32,000 bases of DNA from a cyanobacterium endosymbiont of Braarudosphaera bigelowii (GTDB taxonomy: Bacteria > Cyanobacteriota > Cyanobacteriia > Cyanobacteriales > Microcystaceae), in the NCBI RefSeq assembly GCF_020885515.1, contig NZ_AP024987.1, positions 750,001 through 782,000 on the forward strand. The letters are read 5' to 3'. Positions 18,972 through 32,000 of the stretch are shown here, piece by piece. Numbering within the stretch: the stretch's first letter is position 1; every line of letters begins with the position of its first letter. The translations under genes were made by a program, and so were the position numbers. The notes under the pieces are model-generated. The model did not search any database. It had not been told where the DNA came from and saw only the letters and a list, made by a program, of their open reading frames with translations.

Positions 18972-19491
18972 AGTTAATAACCCAAGATAAATATTTTCTA
19001 TATTTGATGACTATGCTCTTAATTTTTCATAAAAAGCAATAATAATATAGATTATATGTTGTTATAAATTTTGCTAGGATATTGTAGTATGGTTACAATC
19101 TTTTTATGAAAAATAACATTAAGAGTTTTCAATATTTAAAAAATGTTTTTCTAGCAAGAAAGTTAATCGATAAAGTATTGGAATTACTTGTCATATTTCT
19201 ATAAGCACGTGAATTTATCTTTTATTTAAAAGATAGGATAATAAAAATACAGAATACTGATTTACATATCAAATTTTTTCGATAAATAGATAGTATTCTG
19301 TAAAGAATACTTACGAAAATACTTGATATTATTATATTTACTTTAAATGAAAATATACAATAATACTTTAATAGTATTAGCTTATAGAATATCAATGATA
19401 AAAAAATACGAGAAAACAATTTGCTATAATTAATTTTTTAATTAATTATATTTACTTAATTAGTATTACATCACACAAATATTAATCAACA

Positions 19492-20223
19492 ATGAGTTTT
19501 TTAGATACTAGACGTAAAAAACAATTACAAATTTGTATACAAAAGCTAGGATTATCTAGCATAGAAAAATTTGATTGGGAAACACTTGATTTAGCATTAA
19601 CTCATCCTACAATTTCTAAAAAAGATAATTACCAACAGCTCGAATTTATAGGAGATTCAGTGATAAGACTAGTAGCTGCAGAAATATTATTAGAAAATTA
19701 TCCTAATGAACTCGTAGGAGAATTCGCTGCTATAAGATCTATATTAGTTAGTGATAATACTTTAGCAGAGTTTGCTGAGCAATATGGACTAGAACGTTAT
19801 CTTCTCATGACAAAAGGTGTAGCTCAAGACAAGATAGGGAAAGTATCGTGGTTGGCAGATACCTTTGAAGCATTATTAGGAGCACTGTATCTTAATAGAC
19901 AAAATATGTCTTTAATACGTCCTTGGTTAGATCCATTATTGATTTCAAAGGCAGCAGAGATCAAAGCCGATCCTGCACGTCAAAATTATAAGGATGCATT
20001 ACAAGAATGGAGCCAAAGCCAATATAAATTATTGCCAAAATATCAAGTTGTTCAATATGAGGGAAATAAAGATCATCATCAAAGATTTTTTGCAGAAGTC
20101 TGGGTAAAAAATAATAATTTAGGTTCTGGTTACGGTTGCTCAAAAAAAGTAGCAGAACAGGCTGCAGCTAAAAATGCTTTTTTTTCTTTTATTCATAAAG
20201 AAAAGTATGAATATGGACAATAA
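19492..20223 (+). CDS. rnc: Ribonuclease III
   Basis: 243 aa. RNase III signature LEFIGDSVIRL, second catalytic region WLADTFEALLGALYL, C-terminal dsRNA-binding domain (YKDALQEWSQSQ...GSGYGCSKKVAEQAAAKNAF). Confidence 0.94.
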   Translation: MSFLDTRRKKQLQICIQKLGLSSIEKFDWETLDLALTHPTISKKDNYQQLEFIGDSVIRLVAAEILLENYPNELVGEFAAIRSILVSDNTLAEFAEQYGLERYLLMTKGVAQDKIGKVSWLADTFEALLGALYLNRQNMSLIRPWLDPLLISKAAEIKADPARQNYKDALQEWSQSQYKLLPKYQVVQYEGNKDHHQRFFAEVWVKNNNLGSGYGCSKKVAEQAAAKNAFFSFIHKEKYEYGQ

Positions 20224-20571
20224 TTAGTATATAAAAACATTTACGTTAATAGAATGAAAAAAGCTATTTCTAATAATTAATATTTTTCTACTTTAGTAAT
20301 AATTTTTCTAGAATAATATTAAGTAATTTTTATGATTTAAATTAATTTAAATATCTAATTGTAAACAAATACAACATGTTGAGCACCGTCAATTTTATTA
20401 ACGATAGTATATTATTAATTTAATTTTTTTTTAAAAGAAAATATACTTATGAAATAAATCCTTAAGCTGTTTTTGAGGTTAGTTTAGTAAAATTATACCC
20501 GAGCCAAACAATTTACTTCTAGATTTTTAAAATATCTGTATAGATTAGCTTAATACATTAATACAATAGGC

Positions 20572-23500
20572 ATGAATAGTAATATGAATTTCAAAAGCAA
20601 ATCTAATACAACTTACATGGGACCTCCCTCTATCGTTGAAAGTAGAGATTCTTGTGGGGTAGGATTCATCGCAGATATTATAGAAGAAGGTTCTCATCAA
20701 CTAATTAAAAAAGCTTTAACTGCATTAGAACGCATGGAACACCGAGGTGGTTGTAGTGCAGATAATGAATCAGGCGATGGTGCAGGCATTATGACAGAGA
20801 TTCCTTATGTCTTATTAAAATCTTGGTTTATTGAGAATAAAATTGTCATGCCTCCAAGAGAAAAACTGGGAATAGGCATGGTTTTTTTACCACAAGATCC
20901 TTACCAGCAAAAGATTAAACGCTTACATGTTAATACTGTAGTTAAGGCTTCTGGTTTGAACATATTAGGATGGCGTAAAGTTCCTGTTAATCCTGCCATA
21001 TTAGGTACTCAAGCTAAGGACAATAGACCTCATATTGAACAAATAATGGTCATATCTTCTGAGGGATTATCAGGAGATGCTTTGGATACAAAACTATATA
21101 TTGCACGTTCATATATCGGAAAACTATTAGCGGATGATTTTTACATTTGTTCTTTTAGTTGTCGTACTATTGTATATAAAGGAATGGTACGTAGCTCAGT
21201 TCTTGGCAAATTTTATAAAGATTTACAAAATTCGAGTTTTACTAGTCAATTTGCTTTATACCACAGACGTTTTAGTACAAATACTATGCCTAAATGGCCG
21301 TTGGCACAGCCAATGCGTCTATTAGGACATAATGGTGAAATTAATACTTTAACTGGTAATATCAATTCAATATCTGCTAAAGAAAAAATTCTTAAAATCC
21401 AAAATTGGACAGCTGAAGAACTAAGTGCTTTAGCTCCTATTGTTAATATTGCAAATAGTGATTCCTATAATTTAGATAGTATCCTTGAGTTATTAATAAG
21501 AAGTGGTCATGGCTTGCTTGAATCAATGATGATACTAGTCCCAGAAGCTTACCAAAACCAACCTGATTTAAAAGATTATCCACAAATTATAGATTTTTAT
21601 GAATATTATAGTGGCCTACAAGAACCTTGGGATGGTCCAGCACTTTTAGTTTTCAGTGACGGAAAAACGATAGGAACTTGTTTGGATCGCAATGGGTTAC
21701 GTCCAGCAAGATACTCCATTACTGATAATTATATCGTTGTTAGTTCAGAAACTGGTGTAGTAGATCTGCCTGAAACAAGTTTTATAGAAAAAGGTAAACT
21801 TGGTCCTGGACAGAGTATAGCAGTAGATTTAAAAGCTAAGAAAATATTAAAAAATTGGGAAATAAAACAAAGTATATCTCAAACAAAGCCTTATGGAGAA
21901 TGGTTAAGAAAATATCGTAAAGAAATTACACCTCAAAATTTTTCTAATATCTTACTAATAAAGAATTCAGAACAATTACTAAATCAACAAACAGCTTTCG
22001 GCTATACAGCAGAAGATGTTGACATGGTTGTTATACCTATGGCGATTCAAGGTAAAGAACCAGTCTTTTGTATGGGAGATGATATTCCTCTATCAGTATT
22101 GTCTGAAAAACATCATTTACTCTATGATTATTTTAAACAGAGATTTGCTCAAGTAACTAATCCTCCTATAGATTCTTTAAGAGAAAGTTTAGTTATGTCT
22201 TTAGAAATGTTGCTAGGAGAAAAGGGCAATCTTATAGAACCTAGAGATATAGATGCCAAACTTTTAAAGCTAAAAACTCCTATCCTGAATGAAGCAGAAT
22301 TAAATCAGATCAGATATTCAAATTTTAATATAAGTGAATTATCTACATTATTTGATATTACCTTAGGCCCAAATGAGCTTCAAATTGCTTTGGACAAATT
22401 ATGTAAGAAAGCAGCTCAAGTAGTACAGGAAGGAACCACAATTATTATCTTGAGTGATCGTTTTCCTAATACTATCAATATTAGTGAAACTGTTAGCTAT
22501 ATTCCACCTCTGTTAGTAGTGGGAAGCGTCCATCATTATTTAATTAAAGGAGGATTGCGTTCAAAAACATCTCTGATTATTGATACAGGACAATGTTGGA
22601 GTACACACCATTACGCATGTTTATTTGGTTACGGAGCCTCAGCTGTATGCCCATATCTTACTTTTGAAACTATACGACAATGGTGGCAAGCTCCTAAAAC
22701 CCAGAAACTAATCAATGCAAATAAAATAAATATTACTGGGCTTCAAGAAGCATTAAAAAATTATCGTTATGCTGTAGAGGTAGGGTTATTAAAAATTCTC
22801 TCTAAGATGGGAGTCTCTCTTTTATCTTCTTACCATGGAGCTCAAATTTTTGAAGCTATCGGTCTAAATTTAGATGTTATTAATGTAGCTTTTAGAGGTA
22901 CAACTAGTCGTATTGGCGGATTAAGCTTAATAGAAGTAGCTCAGGAAACAATTGGAATTCACAGCCAGGCTTTCCCGGAACTAACTGACAAAAGACTTAG
23001 AAATTTTGGTTTTATCAATTATCGTTCAGGAGGGGAATATCATATGAATTCTCCAGAAATGGCTAAAATTCTTCATAAAGCTGTTGGTAACTACAAACTA
23101 AAAAATAACGAACGAGATCAAAAAAACTACAACTATTACGAAACATATCAAAAGTATCTTAAAAAACGTCCTGCAACAGCTTTAAGGGACTTACTTGAGT
23201 TCACCAGTGATCGTCCTTCTATAGCAATTACTGAAGTTGAACCCGTAGAAGATATAGTGAAAAGATTTTGTACAGGGGGTATGTCTTTAGGCGCGTTATC
23301 AAGAGAGGCTCACGAAACTCTTGCAATTGCTATGAATCGTTTAGGAAGTAAGTCAAATTCAGGAGAAGGAGGAGAAGATCCTATCCGATTTACTACTTTA
23401 TCTGATGTAGATGAAAATGGACACTCTCCAACGTTTCCTCATTTAAAAGGTTTATTTAATGGTGATACTGCAAGCTCAGCAATTAAACAAATTTCGTCAG

Positions 23501-25230
23501 GAAGATTTGGAGTGACACCAGAATACTTAATGAATGCTCAGCAGTTAGAGGTTAAAATGGCTCAAGGAGCAAAACCAGGAGAAGGAGGGCAGTTGCCAGG
23601 AGAGAAAGCTAGTTCATATATTGCTATGCTAAGAGGTTCAAAACCTGGTGTTACTCTAATTTCTCCCCCTCCTCATCATGATATATACTCTATTGAAGAT
23701 TTAGCTCAATTAATTTTTGATCTTCACCAAGTGAATCCTAGTGCGAAAGTTGCTGTTAAACTTGTGACAGAAATTGGTATCGGGACGATAGCAGCAGGAG
23801 TAGCAAAAGCTAATGCTGATATAATACAAATTTCTGGACATGATGGAGGTACTGGAGCATCACCCTTAAGTTCTATTAAACATGCAGGATGCCCATGGGA
23901 ACTTGGAGTTACTGAAGTTCATCGAACGTTGATAGAAAACCAACTTCGTGATCGGGTTATTTTGCGTACTGATGGTGGTCTAAAAACAGGTTGGGATGTT
24001 GTAATAGCAGGAATGATGGGAGCTGAGCAGTTTGGGTTTGGCTCTATTGCTATGATTGCTGAGGGATGTGTTATGGCACGTATCTGTCATACTAACAACT
24101 GTCCTGTTGGAGTCGCTACACAACAAGAAAAATTACGAAAAAGGTTTAATGGAATTCCTGCGAATGTTGTTAACTTCTTTTATTTTATTGCTGAGGAGAT
24201 TCGTTCTATATTAGCTGAGATAGGCTACACATCATTACAAGAAATTATTGGACGCTCTGATATTTTGACAATGCGTCGTGATACTTATTTAAGTAAAACC
24301 CAATCAATCGATTTAGGATGTATTCTGAATCTTCCCAACGTAAAAGAAAATCGTACTTGGCTTAATCATAGAAAAATTTACAGAAATATTTCAACGCTAG
24401 ACAATCAATTACTTGATGATCCTGAAATTATGTCTGCTATTGATAATCAAAAAACTGTTGTTAAACATATTAGTATCTCCAATGTTGACCGTACTACTGG
24501 AGGTCACATAGCAGGAATATTGGCTAAAAAATATGGAAATAATGGATTTTCTGGAGAACTTAAACTTAAATTTAAAGGATCAGCAGGTCAAAGTTTTGCT
24601 GCTTTTAATTTATCTGGTATGTTCATGCATTTAGAGGGAGAGGCTAATGACTATGTGGGTAAAAGCATGAATGGTGGAGAAATTATCATAATTCCCAACA
24701 AAAGATCGAAATTTAAAGCAGAAAATAATATTATTATAGGAAACACTTGTCTTTACGGTGCTACTGGAGGAATTTTATCGGTAAATGGCCGTGCAGGAGA
24801 AAGGTTTGGAGTTCGTAACTCTATGGGAAAAGCAATTATAGAAGGAGCTGGAGACCATTGTTGTGAATATATGACAGGTGGAGTCATAGTAGTTTTAGGT
24901 TCAGTTGGTCGTAATGTTGGAGCAGGTATGACAGGAGGACTTGGTTATTTTCTCGATGAAGATAATAAATTTCCTGAAAAAATTAATTTTGATAGCGTAG
25001 ATATACAAAGAGTTTGCACGCAAGAAGGAAAAATGCAACTAAAAAATTTAATTAATTTCCACTCTGATAAAACAAATAGTAGAAGAGCCAAATGTATTCT
25101 TGATAATTGGGAAGACTATATACATAAGTTTTGGCAAGTTTTTCCGCCTTCCGAATTTAATATTCCTGAAACTAATCAAAATTTATCTGATTCCTCTCCA
25201 ACAAAAGATATAACTACTTTGACAGACTAA
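20572..25230 (+). CDS. gltB: Glutamate synthase large subunit, probably ferredoxin-dependent
   Basis: 1552 aa. [45 protein letters not shown] (Cys nucleophile after propeptide), [39 protein letters not shown] (3Fe-4S Cys motif). N-terminal MEHRGGC.ADN resembles plant/cyanobacterial Fd-GOGAT (glsF). Confidence 0.93.
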   Translation: MNSNMNFKSKSNTTYMGPPSIVESRDSCGVGFIADIIEEGSHQLIKKALTALERMEHRGGCSADNESGDGAGIMTEIPYVLLKSWFIENKIVMPPREKLGIGMVFLPQDPYQQKIKRLHVNTVVKASGLNILGWRKVPVNPAILGTQAKDNRPHIEQIMVISSEGLSGDALDTKLYIARSYIGKLLADDFYICSFSCRTIVYKGMVRSSVLGKFYKDLQNSSFTSQFALYHRRFSTNTMPKWPLAQPMRLLGHNGEINTLTGNINSISAKEKILKIQNWTAEELSALAPIVNIANSDSYNLDSILELLIRSGHGLLESMMILVPEAYQNQPDLKDYPQIIDFYEYYSGLQEPWDGPALLVFSDGKTIGTCLDRNGLRPARYSITDNYIVVSSETGVVDLPETSFIEKGKLGPGQSIAVDLKAKKILKNWEIKQSISQTKPYGEWLRKYRKEITPQNFSNILLIKNSEQLLNQQTAFGYTAEDVDMVVIPMAIQGKEPVFCMGDDIPLSVLSEKHHLLYDYFKQRFAQVTNPPIDSLRESLVMSLEMLLGEKGNLIEPRDIDAKLLKLKTPILNEAELNQIRYSNFNISELSTLFDITLGPNELQIALDKLCKKAAQVVQEGTTIIILSDRFPNTINISETVSYIPPLLVVGSVHHYLIKGGLRSKTSLIIDTGQCWSTHHYACLFGYGASAVCPYLTFETIRQWWQAPKTQKLINANKINITGLQEALKNYRYAVEVGLLKILSKMGVSLLSSYHGAQIFEAIGLNLDVINVAFRGTTSRIGGLSLIEVAQETIGIHSQAFPELTDKRLRNFGFINYRSGGEYHMNSPEMAKILHKAVGNYKLKNNERDQKNYNYYETYQKYLKKRPATALRDLLEFTSDRPSIAITEVEPVEDIVKRFCTGGMSLGALSREAHETLAIAMNRLGSKSNSGEGGEDPIRFTTLSDVDENGHSPTFPHLKGLFNGDTASSAIKQISSGRFGVTPEYLMNAQQLEVKMAQGAKPGEGGQLPGEKASSYIAMLRGSKPGVTLISPPPHHDIYSIEDLAQLIFDLHQVNPSAKVAVKLVTEIGIGTIAAGVAKANADIIQISGHDGGTGASPLSSIKHAGCPWELGVTEVHRTLIENQLRDRVILRTDGGLKTGWDVVIAGMMGAEQFGFGSIAMIAEGCVMARICHTNNCPVGVATQQEKLRKRFNGIPANVVNFFYFIAEEIRSILAEIGYTSLQEIIGRSDILTMRRDTYLSKTQSIDLGCILNLPNVKENRTWLNHRKIYRNISTLDNQLLDDPEIMSAIDNQKTVVKHISISNVDRTTGGHIAGILAKKYGNNGFSGELKLKFKGSAGQSFAAFNLSGMFMHLEGEANDYVGKSMNGGEIIIIPNKRSKFKAENNIIIGNTCLYGATGGILSVNGRAGERFGVRNSMGKAIIEGAGDHCCEYMTGGVIVVLGSVGRNVGAGMTGGLGYFLDEDNKFPEKINFDSVDIQRVCTQEGKMQLKNLINFHSDKTNSRRAKCILDNWEDYIHKFWQVFPPSEFNIPETNQNLSDSSPTKDITTLTD

Positions 25231-25675
25231 TGATTATTTAGAATATAATTTTAATTTGTCTACCAGATAGAACTTTAGAATCTTTAATAATTGTTGACTG
25301 TAAATAAATTATTAAGTTCAAGGATCATGATTTATAGCTAATGAGAATATTTAAAGTATAATTCAAAAAAGATGTTGCGTTTTTTAACATTCTCAAGCAA
25401 ATAATCTTTATGCGATATAATCAAAAGGATAAATAAAGTAACTATCTTTCAGAGACAGATATTAAAATTCTATATGGTTAAGTAAATGAAAATTTAATAT
25501 CTATTGTTTTACACATAGCTTATTAGATAAGTAAAATATACATAATGATATAAGAACTAGCCTTATTTTCTGATCAAAAGTATAGATACGTTATTGAATT
25601 TCAGAGCTATCACTCTAGTCAGATACTTGACTTTCGTAAATAAGATTTTTATAAAAACTAGGAGTTGTGCTGCAT

Positions 25676-28600
25676 ATGTTCACCCACGTTAAGTCAACCA
25701 TTCGTCATATTACTCCAGAGACAATAAATGGTCGTTCTTTGCTAAAGGTAGTCTATGTCGTATTGGAACCACAATATCAAAGCTCCATCTCCGCAGCAGT
25801 TAGAAACATTAACAGTAATAATTCTAAAATAGCAATTGAAGTTAGTGGATATTTAATAGAAGAACTTCGAGATCCAGAAAATTATAAACAGTTTCAAAAA
25901 GATGTAGAACAAGCCAATTTGTTTATTGCTTCCTTAATTTTTATTGAAGATCTAGCCGATAAAGTTGTTGAAACAGTTTTACCTTTTCGCGACAAATTAG
26001 ACGCCATAGTAGTTTTCCCATCAATGCCGCAAGTAATGCGTTTGAATAAATTGGGAAGTTTCTCAATGAGTCAATTGGGTCAATCTAAAAGCATGGTTTC
26101 TCAATTTATGCGTAAGCGACAGCAAAATTCTGGGACAGGTTTTCAAGATGCAATGTTAAAGTTATTGCGTACATTGCCTCAAGTCTTAAAATATCTTCCA
26201 GTGGAGAAGGCACAGGACGCTCGGAACTTTATGTTAAGTTTCCAATATTGGTTGGCCGGATCTTCAGAAAATTTAGAAAATTTTCTAGTTATGTTAGCTC
26301 ATAAATATTCTTTCCCTAATCTTTTTAAAGATGAAGTAATTAGCTATAAAGATCCTCTTGTTTATCCTGACATAGGGATTTGGCATCCTTTGTCATTAAA
26401 GATGTTTGAAGATATTACATCCTACCTTCAATGGTATGATATGCGTACAGATATTTCAGACGATCTAAAAAAATCTACAACACCATGTATAGGGCTAGTA
26501 CTCCAAAGAACTCATCTAGTGACAAAAGATGATGCTCATTATGTTGCGATGGTTCAAGAACTAGAATCGATGGGAGTAAGGGTTATTCCTGTATTTGCAG
26601 GCGGATTAGATTTCTCCAAACCTATCGAGGCATATTTTTGGAATAGGTCCACTGATAATAGTAATAATATAAAAACCCCTATAGTAGATACTATTGTTTC
26701 TTTAACAGGATTTGCCTTAGTAGGTGGGCCGGCAAGACAGGATCATCCAAGAGCGATAGATGCACTAAAGTCTTTAAATTGTCCTTATATGTGCGTACTA
26801 CCATTAGTGTTCCAAACCACTGAAGAATGGGAGGATAGTGATTTAGGATTACATCCAATTCAAGTTGCATTACAAATAGCCATACCTGAGTTAGATGGTG
26901 CTATTGAGCCTATAATATTGTCAGGAAGAGATGGTAATACCGGGCGTTCAATAGCACTTCAAGATCGTATTGAAACAGTTGCACAAAGGGCTGTAAAGTG
27001 GGCTAATCTTAAGAAGAAAGTAAAAGAAGACAAAAAAATAGCTATCACCATTTTTAGTTTTCCACCTGACAAAGGTAATATTGGATCAGCAGCATACTTA
27101 GATGTATTTAGTTCTATCTATGAGGTACTAAAAGCTTTAAAGGACAAGGGATATAATTTATTAGAACTACCAGATTCACCAAAGGCCTTAATGAATGCTA
27201 TTATTCAGGATGCACAAGCTCAATATGCTTCTCCTGAATTAAATGTAGCTTACCGGATGTCTGTAGAAGAATATGAAAAATTAACTCCATACTCTACACG
27301 CTTAGAAGAAAATTGGGGGGCTCCTCCCGGAAATCTTAACAGCGATGGTCAAAGTTTGCTTATATACGGTAAGCACTTTGGAAATGTTTTCATCGGTGTA
27401 CAACCAACTTTTGGATATGAAGGCGATCCTATGCGTTTATTATTCTCAAGGTCTGCTAGTCCTCATCATGGGTTTGCTGCATACTACACATATTTAAATG
27501 AAGTTTGGCAAGCAGATGCAGTGTTACATTTCGGTACTCATGGATCTCTAGAATTTATGCCAGGGAAACAAATGGGAATGTCAGGTGATTGTTATCCTGA
27601 CACTTTGATTGGAAATATTCCCAATTTATATTACTATGCAGCAAATAATCCTTCAGAGGCTACTATCGCAAAACGTCGTAGTTATGCAGAAACTATTTCA
27701 TATTTAACTCCTCCGGCTGAGAATGCAGGACTCTATAAAGGATTAAAAGAATTAAATGAATTAATAGGGTCATATCAAACTTTAAAAGATACCAGTCGTG
27801 GAATCCAAATAGTTAATACAGTCATGGATCAGTGTCGATTGGTAAACCTAGATAAGGATATTCATTTACCTGAAATTGATGCAAAAGAAATGACTGCAGA
27901 AGAAAAGGATAATATTATTGGTATTGTTTATAGTAAACTTATGGAGATTGAGTCTCGTTTACTACCATGCGGTCTTCATATCATTGGCAAACCTCCAACA
28001 GGGGAAGAAGTCGTTGCAACACTAGTAAATATTGCATCATTAGACAGAGAAGAAGAAGAAATAATATCTTTACCACGTCTTATTGCTGAAAGTATAAAAA
28101 GAGATATTAAAGATATATATTACAATAATGATATTGGTAAATTAGAAGATGTTGAATTACTACAAAAAATTGTACTGGCGACTAGAGAAGCTGTAGCCTC
28201 AATGGTTAAAGCAAGAATAAATGAAGAAGGTCGAGTAAACCTTATATCAAAATTGGATATTTTAAAAATTACTCAAAAAACTCCTTGGGTAAATACTTTA
28301 GAAGACCTAGGATATTCCAAAATTAATAAAAGTTCTTTAAAGCTACTTTTTGGATATCTTGAATCTTGTCTAGAAAAGCTTTGTGCAAGTTATGAACTAG
28401 AATCATTACTTAAAGGCTTAGAAGGAGAGTATGTTTTACCTGGACCAGGTGGCGATATTGTCCGTAATCCTGATGTTTTACCTACAGGTAAAAATATCCA
28501 TGCATTAGATCCTCAATCTATTCCTACATTAGCCGCAGTAAAGTCTGCCAAAATAGTAGTAGATGCTCTTCTTAAGCGTCAAAAAATTGATAATGGAGAT

Positions 28601-29674
28601 AAATATCCAGAAACTATTGCATGTGTACTCTGGGGAACAGATAATATTAAAACATATGGAGAATCTTTAGCTCAAATTATGTGGATGGTGGGAGTTAAAC
28701 CCCTCCCAGATTCTCTAGGAAGAATTAATAAATTGGAGTTAATATCTCTTGAAGATTTGGGGAGACCTCGCATTGATGTTGTTGTAAATTGTTCCGGCGT
28801 ATTTCGTGATCTTTTTATTAACCAAATGAATTTATTAGATCAGGCTGTTAAAATGGCAGCAGAAGCTGATGAACCTTTGGAAATGAACTATATACGTAAG
28901 CATGCATTAGAACAGGCTGCAGAAATGGATATTAATGTTAGAGAAGCAGCAACTCGTATTTTTTCGAATGCATCTGGCTCTTATTCTTCTAATGTTAATT
29001 TAGCAGTAGAAAACAGTAGCTGGGAAAAAGAAGAAGAACTACAAAACATGTATCTAAATAGAAAAAGCTTTTCTTTTGATTCAAATAATCCTGGCATTAT
29101 GAAAGATAATAGAAAAATATTTGAATCTGCTTTAAAAACAGCTAGTGCAACTTTTCAAAATTTAGACTCTTCAGAAGTTAGCTTAACAGACGTTTCTCAT
29201 TATTTTGATTCTGATCCAACAAAAATTGTAGCTAGTCTAAGAGAAGATGGAAAACAACCTGCAGCTTATATAGCTGATACAACAACTGCTAATGCACAGG
29301 TACGTACTCTATCTGAAACTGTTCGATTAGATACGCGGACTAAACTATTAAATCCAAAATGGTATGAAGGCATGTTATCTCATGGTTATGAGGGTGTTAG
29401 AGAAATTTCAAAACGTTTAGTAAATACTATGGGATGGTCTGCTACTGCCAATGCAGTCGATAATTGGGTATATGAAGATGCAAATACTACATTTATTGAA
29501 GATGAAGAAATGTGTAAACGTTTAATGGATCTAAATCCTAATTCTTTTCGTAAAATGGTTAGTACCTTGTTAGAAGTTAACGGTAGGGGCTATTGGGAAA
29601 CATCTGATAATAATTTAGAACGATTACAAGAATTATATCAACAAGCTGAAGACAGGATTGAAGGAATAGACTAA
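25676..29674 (+). CDS. chlH: Magnesium chelatase subunit H
   Basis: The track ORF starts at GTG 25667; ATG 25676 ([15 protein letters not shown]) is the likely start, with an upstream [105 protein letters not shown]. Full length. Confidence 0.97.
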   Translation: MFTHVKSTIRHITPETINGRSLLKVVYVVLEPQYQSSISAAVRNINSNNSKIAIEVSGYLIEELRDPENYKQFQKDVEQANLFIASLIFIEDLADKVVETVLPFRDKLDAIVVFPSMPQVMRLNKLGSFSMSQLGQSKSMVSQFMRKRQQNSGTGFQDAMLKLLRTLPQVLKYLPVEKAQDARNFMLSFQYWLAGSSENLENFLVMLAHKYSFPNLFKDEVISYKDPLVYPDIGIWHPLSLKMFEDITSYLQWYDMRTDISDDLKKSTTPCIGLVLQRTHLVTKDDAHYVAMVQELESMGVRVIPVFAGGLDFSKPIEAYFWNRSTDNSNNIKTPIVDTIVSLTGFALVGGPARQDHPRAIDALKSLNCPYMCVLPLVFQTTEEWEDSDLGLHPIQVALQIAIPELDGAIEPIILSGRDGNTGRSIALQDRIETVAQRAVKWANLKKKVKEDKKIAITIFSFPPDKGNIGSAAYLDVFSSIYEVLKALKDKGYNLLELPDSPKALMNAIIQDAQAQYASPELNVAYRMSVEEYEKLTPYSTRLEENWGAPPGNLNSDGQSLLIYGKHFGNVFIGVQPTFGYEGDPMRLLFSRSASPHHGFAAYYTYLNEVWQADAVLHFGTHGSLEFMPGKQMGMSGDCYPDTLIGNIPNLYYYAANNPSEATIAKRRSYAETISYLTPPAENAGLYKGLKELNELIGSYQTLKDTSRGIQIVNTVMDQCRLVNLDKDIHLPEIDAKEMTAEEKDNIIGIVYSKLMEIESRLLPCGLHIIGKPPTGEEVVATLVNIASLDREEEEIISLPRLIAESIKRDIKDIYYNNDIGKLEDVELLQKIVLATREAVASMVKARINEEGRVNLISKLDILKITQKTPWVNTLEDLGYSKINKSSLKLLFGYLESCLEKLCASYELESLLKGLEGEYVLPGPGGDIVRNPDVLPTGKNIHALDPQSIPTLAAVKSAKIVVDALLKRQKIDNGDKYPETIACVLWGTDNIKTYGESLAQIMWMVGVKPLPDSLGRINKLELISLEDLGRPRIDVVVNCSGVFRDLFINQMNLLDQAVKMAAEADEPLEMNYIRKHALEQAAEMDINVREAATRIFSNASGSYSSNVNLAVENSSWEKEEELQNMYLNRKSFSFDSNNPGIMKDNRKIFESALKTASATFQNLDSSEVSLTDVSHYFDSDPTKIVASLREDGKQPAAYIADTTTANAQVRTLSETVRLDTRTKLLNPKWYEGMLSHGYEGVREISKRLVNTMGWSATANAVDNWVYEDANTTFIEDEEMCKRLMDLNPNSFRKMVSTLLEVNGRGYWETSDNNLERLQELYQQAEDRIEGID

Positions 29675-29895
29675 AAATGTATAAATTCTAGCTTGAGAAA
29701 AGCTGTAAGTAATAATAAAAGTTTTAGTACTTATCTTATGGCTGGAAACAAAACTAAGCATATAATATATGCAAAATTAGATTTGAATCACTGTACTTAG
29801 GAATTTTAATAACTTCTTGTCTACCGATATATTCTATTATTAATTGTGGAGAATAAAATATTCTTTACAATTAATAAGTTTGTGTAGTACTTTCT

Positions 29896-31476
29896 ATGAA
29901 TAAACAAGAACTGTGGCAACGTTATCAAAGCTGGCTGTACTATCATAATGGATTAGGAATATATCTTGATATCAGTCGAATGAGATTCAGTCAAGATTTT
30001 GTTGATCAACTTAATCCAAAGTTCAATAAAGCTTTTCAAGATATGGAATCTTTAGAAAGTGGAAAAATTTCTAATCCTGACGAAAAAAGAATGGTTGGAC
30101 ATTATTGGTTAAGAGCTCCAGAACTAGCCCCTAATGATGAAGTAAGAAAAGAAATTACTGAACCTTTGATTAGAATTAAACAATTCGTTGAAAAAATTCA
30201 TCAAGGTACTATTAAACCGCCGTCAGCAGATAAGTTTACTGATATACTTTGCGTAGGTATCGGAGGCTCAGCGTTAGGACCTCAATTTGTATCAGAGGCG
30301 CTATCTCCTGACAAACCATCTATGTTTATTCACTTCATTGATAATACAGATCCAGAGGGAATAGATAAAACCATTTATAAAATTGGTGAACGTCTTAAAA
30401 GCACTTTGGTAATTGTTACTACTAAATCTGGGAAGACGCCTGAAACTCGAAATGGGATGTTGGAAGTTGAACGTGCCTATAAAATGAAAGGCCTGAAATT
30501 TGAATCCCATGCTGTTGCAGTTACTATGCCAGGTAGTATCATGGATGAGCTAGCAAGTAAATGGCTCGAAAGGTTTCCTATGCAAGATTGGGTAGGGGGA
30601 AGAACCTCTGAATTATCTGCTGTTGGTTTATTACCCGCTGCTTTACAAGGAATTGACATTGATGAAATGTTAATTGGAGCTAAAGAAATGGACGAAGCTA
30701 CTAGGGTAAAATCTTTAAAAGATAATCCTTCTGCGTTACTAGCTTTAGCTTGGTATTTTTCTGGAAACGGCAAGGGAGAGAAGGATATGGTTGTTCTTCC
30801 ATATAAGGATAGTTTACTTCTTTTTAGCCGCTATTTACAACAACTAGTAATGGAATCTCTAGGTAAAGAAAAAGATCTTGACGGAAATATAGTTCATCAG
30901 GGTATTGCTGTATATGGCAATAAAGGATCTACAGATCAACATGCATATGTTCAACAACTTAGGGATGGAGTCTCTAATTTTTTTGCTACTTTTATTGAGG
31001 TGCTTAAGGATGGACAGAATCATCCTTTAGAATTAGAACCTGGAGTAACATCAGGTGATTATTTATCTGTTTTTTTACAAGGAACTAGACAAGCATTGTA
31101 TGAAAACAAAAGAGATTCTATTACAATAACCATACCTGAAGTGAAGCCTCGTACGATAGGGGCTTTAATTGCTATGTATGAAAGAACAATTAGCTTTTAT
31201 GCCTCTTTAGTGAATATTAATGCTTACCATCAGCCTGGAGTAGAGGCAGGCAAACAAATGGCTGCTTCAATATTGGATCTACAGACTAAAGTACAAACAG
31301 TAATGAAACAAACAACTGGAAAGATAAATATTGAGACTTTAGCATTACAGACAGGGTATCCTGAAGAAGTGGAGGCAGTCTATAAAATTGTTCGTCATCT
31401 TGCAGCAAATAACCGTAATATTGTCCTAGAAGGAGACTTCTCTAATTTATTAAGTTTAGAGGTTTCAGCAATTTAA
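29896..31476 (+). CDS. pgi: Glucose-6-phosphate isomerase
   Basis: 526 aa. [77 protein letters not shown]. Confidence 0.96.
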   Translation: MNKQELWQRYQSWLYYHNGLGIYLDISRMRFSQDFVDQLNPKFNKAFQDMESLESGKISNPDEKRMVGHYWLRAPELAPNDEVRKEITEPLIRIKQFVEKIHQGTIKPPSADKFTDILCVGIGGSALGPQFVSEALSPDKPSMFIHFIDNTDPEGIDKTIYKIGERLKSTLVIVTTKSGKTPETRNGMLEVERAYKMKGLKFESHAVAVTMPGSIMDELASKWLERFPMQDWVGGRTSELSAVGLLPAALQGIDIDEMLIGAKEMDEATRVKSLKDNPSALLALAWYFSGNGKGEKDMVVLPYKDSLLLFSRYLQQLVMESLGKEKDLDGNIVHQGIAVYGNKGSTDQHAYVQQLRDGVSNFFATFIEVLKDGQNHPLELEPGVTSGDYLSVFLQGTRQALYENKRDSITITIPEVKPRTIGALIAMYERTISFYASLVNINAYHQPGVEAGKQMAASILDLQTKVQTVMKQTTGKINIETLALQTGYPEEVEAVYKIVRHLAANNRNIVLEGDFSNLLSLEVSAI

Positions 31477-31514
31477 CTATTTGGGTGGGTATAGCCCACC
31501 CAAATAGTTAAATT
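31470..31514. terminator. Bidirectional terminator-like hairpin between convergent pgi and lpxC
   Basis: Perfect 20-bp stem AATTTAACTATTTGGGTGGG (31470-31489), 5-nt loop TATAG, CCCACCCAAATAGTTAAATT (31495-31514). GC-rich core against an AT-rich background, located between converging genes. Confidence 0.85.
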
Positions 31515-31586
31515 ATTTTAGGGACTGTAAATATTTGGTTTAATAAACACATAATTAAACATATCTGAACTTACTTGCTTAATATA

Positions 31587-32000
31587 TTACTGATTAATTT
31601 GAGCTATTTTTTGTGCTAATTGAACATGGAGCTTATGACTAGCTTTATACGCTATAAAATGAGCTCGAGGTATAAATCCTAGTAAACTAAGATCTCCTAC
31701 TAAGTCTAATAATTTATGTCGTACAGGCTCATCACTAAATCTTAGGGGAGGATTTATCCAATCTTGGTGATTGCAAATTAATGCATTTTCAAAGCTTCCT
31801 CCTTTAATTAATCCAGCTTGTCTTAAATTATCAATTTGATCAATAAAACCAAACGTTCTTGCAGGGGCAATAAAATCAATAAAAGGTTCTTCCTTAGGAT
31901 TCCAACTAGCCCATTGATTTCCAATAACCTTATAAATAAAGTTGATTCCGTAAGTAAAACATATCTCTGGTGCAGGAATCGCTGCAACAAAAGCATCTTT
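31587..32000 (-). CDS. lpxC: UDP-3-O-acyl-N-acetylglucosamine deacetylase LpxC, C-terminal part, truncated by window edge
   Basis: Not in the ORF track. Reverse-strand translation ...[77 protein letters not shown]...[51 protein letters not shown] with zinc-site RHKLLD and downstream catalytic His in SHKL. Confidence 0.92.
   Translation of the reverse strand, partial: KDAFVAAIPAPEICFTYGINFIYKVIGNQWASWNPKEEPFIDFIAPARTFGFIDQIDNLRQAGLIKGGSFENALICNHQDWINPPLRFSDEPVRHKLLDLVGDLSLLGFIPRAHFIAYKASHKLHVQLAQKIAQINQ

Noticed and set aside
19222-19419. 65-aa Ile/Phe/Lys-rich ORF on the minus strand between glmS and rnc
   Set aside because: Composition is typical of AT-rich intergenic DNA translated by chance; no homology signal.
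19961-20143. 60-aa ORF on the minus strand inside rnc
   Set aside because: Antisense to the RNase III dsRNA-binding domain.
20224-20571. Possible NtcA box upstream of glutamate synthase (GTAAACAAATAC, GTAAAATTATAC)
   Set aside because: Both have a 6-nt spacer, not the required GTA-N8-TAC spacing, and AT-rich sequence yields such matches readily.
21134-21325. 63-aa ORF (track lists +) inside the glutamate synthase gene
   Set aside because: Overlaps a strongly supported long gene; hydrophobic low-complexity translation without family features.
30301-30773. 69-aa and 98-aa minus-strand ORFs inside pgi
   Set aside because: Antisense shadow ORFs over conserved PGI motifs.
1-32000. CRISPR arrays, transposases, phage genes, toxin-antitoxin or defence modules
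   Set aside because: No regularly spaced repeats, no transposase-like proteins and no recognisable defence genes; almost all long ORFs belong to known core families.

Overview
AT-rich (about 30% GC by eye) cyanobacterial chromosomal window dominated by housekeeping and photosynthesis/nitrogen genes. In order: minC (partial, -), gor (-), ycf4 (+), cyclophilin-type PPIase lipoprotein (+), ppk (+), plsY (-), a conserved cyanobacterial DUF3086-like protein (-), a GT4 glycosyltransferase (+), a double-ATPase oligopeptide-type ABC protein (+), a TPR protein (+), a FetB/YbbM-type permease (+), hpnB-like glycosyltransferase (+), tRNA-Trp(CCA) (-), rplS (-), cobO (-), glmS (+), rnc (+), ferredoxin-type glutamate synthase (+), chlH (+), pgi (+), lpxC (partial, -). 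Gene content and base composition look like a reduced Crocosphaera/Cyanothece-lineage genome. Intact ycf4 and chlH favour a UCYN-A (Candidatus Atelocyanobacterium thalassa)-like organism over a non-photosynthetic spheroid body, but this is inference. I found no CRISPR array, transposon, phage, defence island or convincing new multi-gene system. The best non-coding signals are a perfect 18-bp intergenic hairpin without a T-tract (11639-11687) and a perfect 20-bp stem (31470-31514) between the convergent pgi and lpxC genes that overlaps the pgi stop codon.
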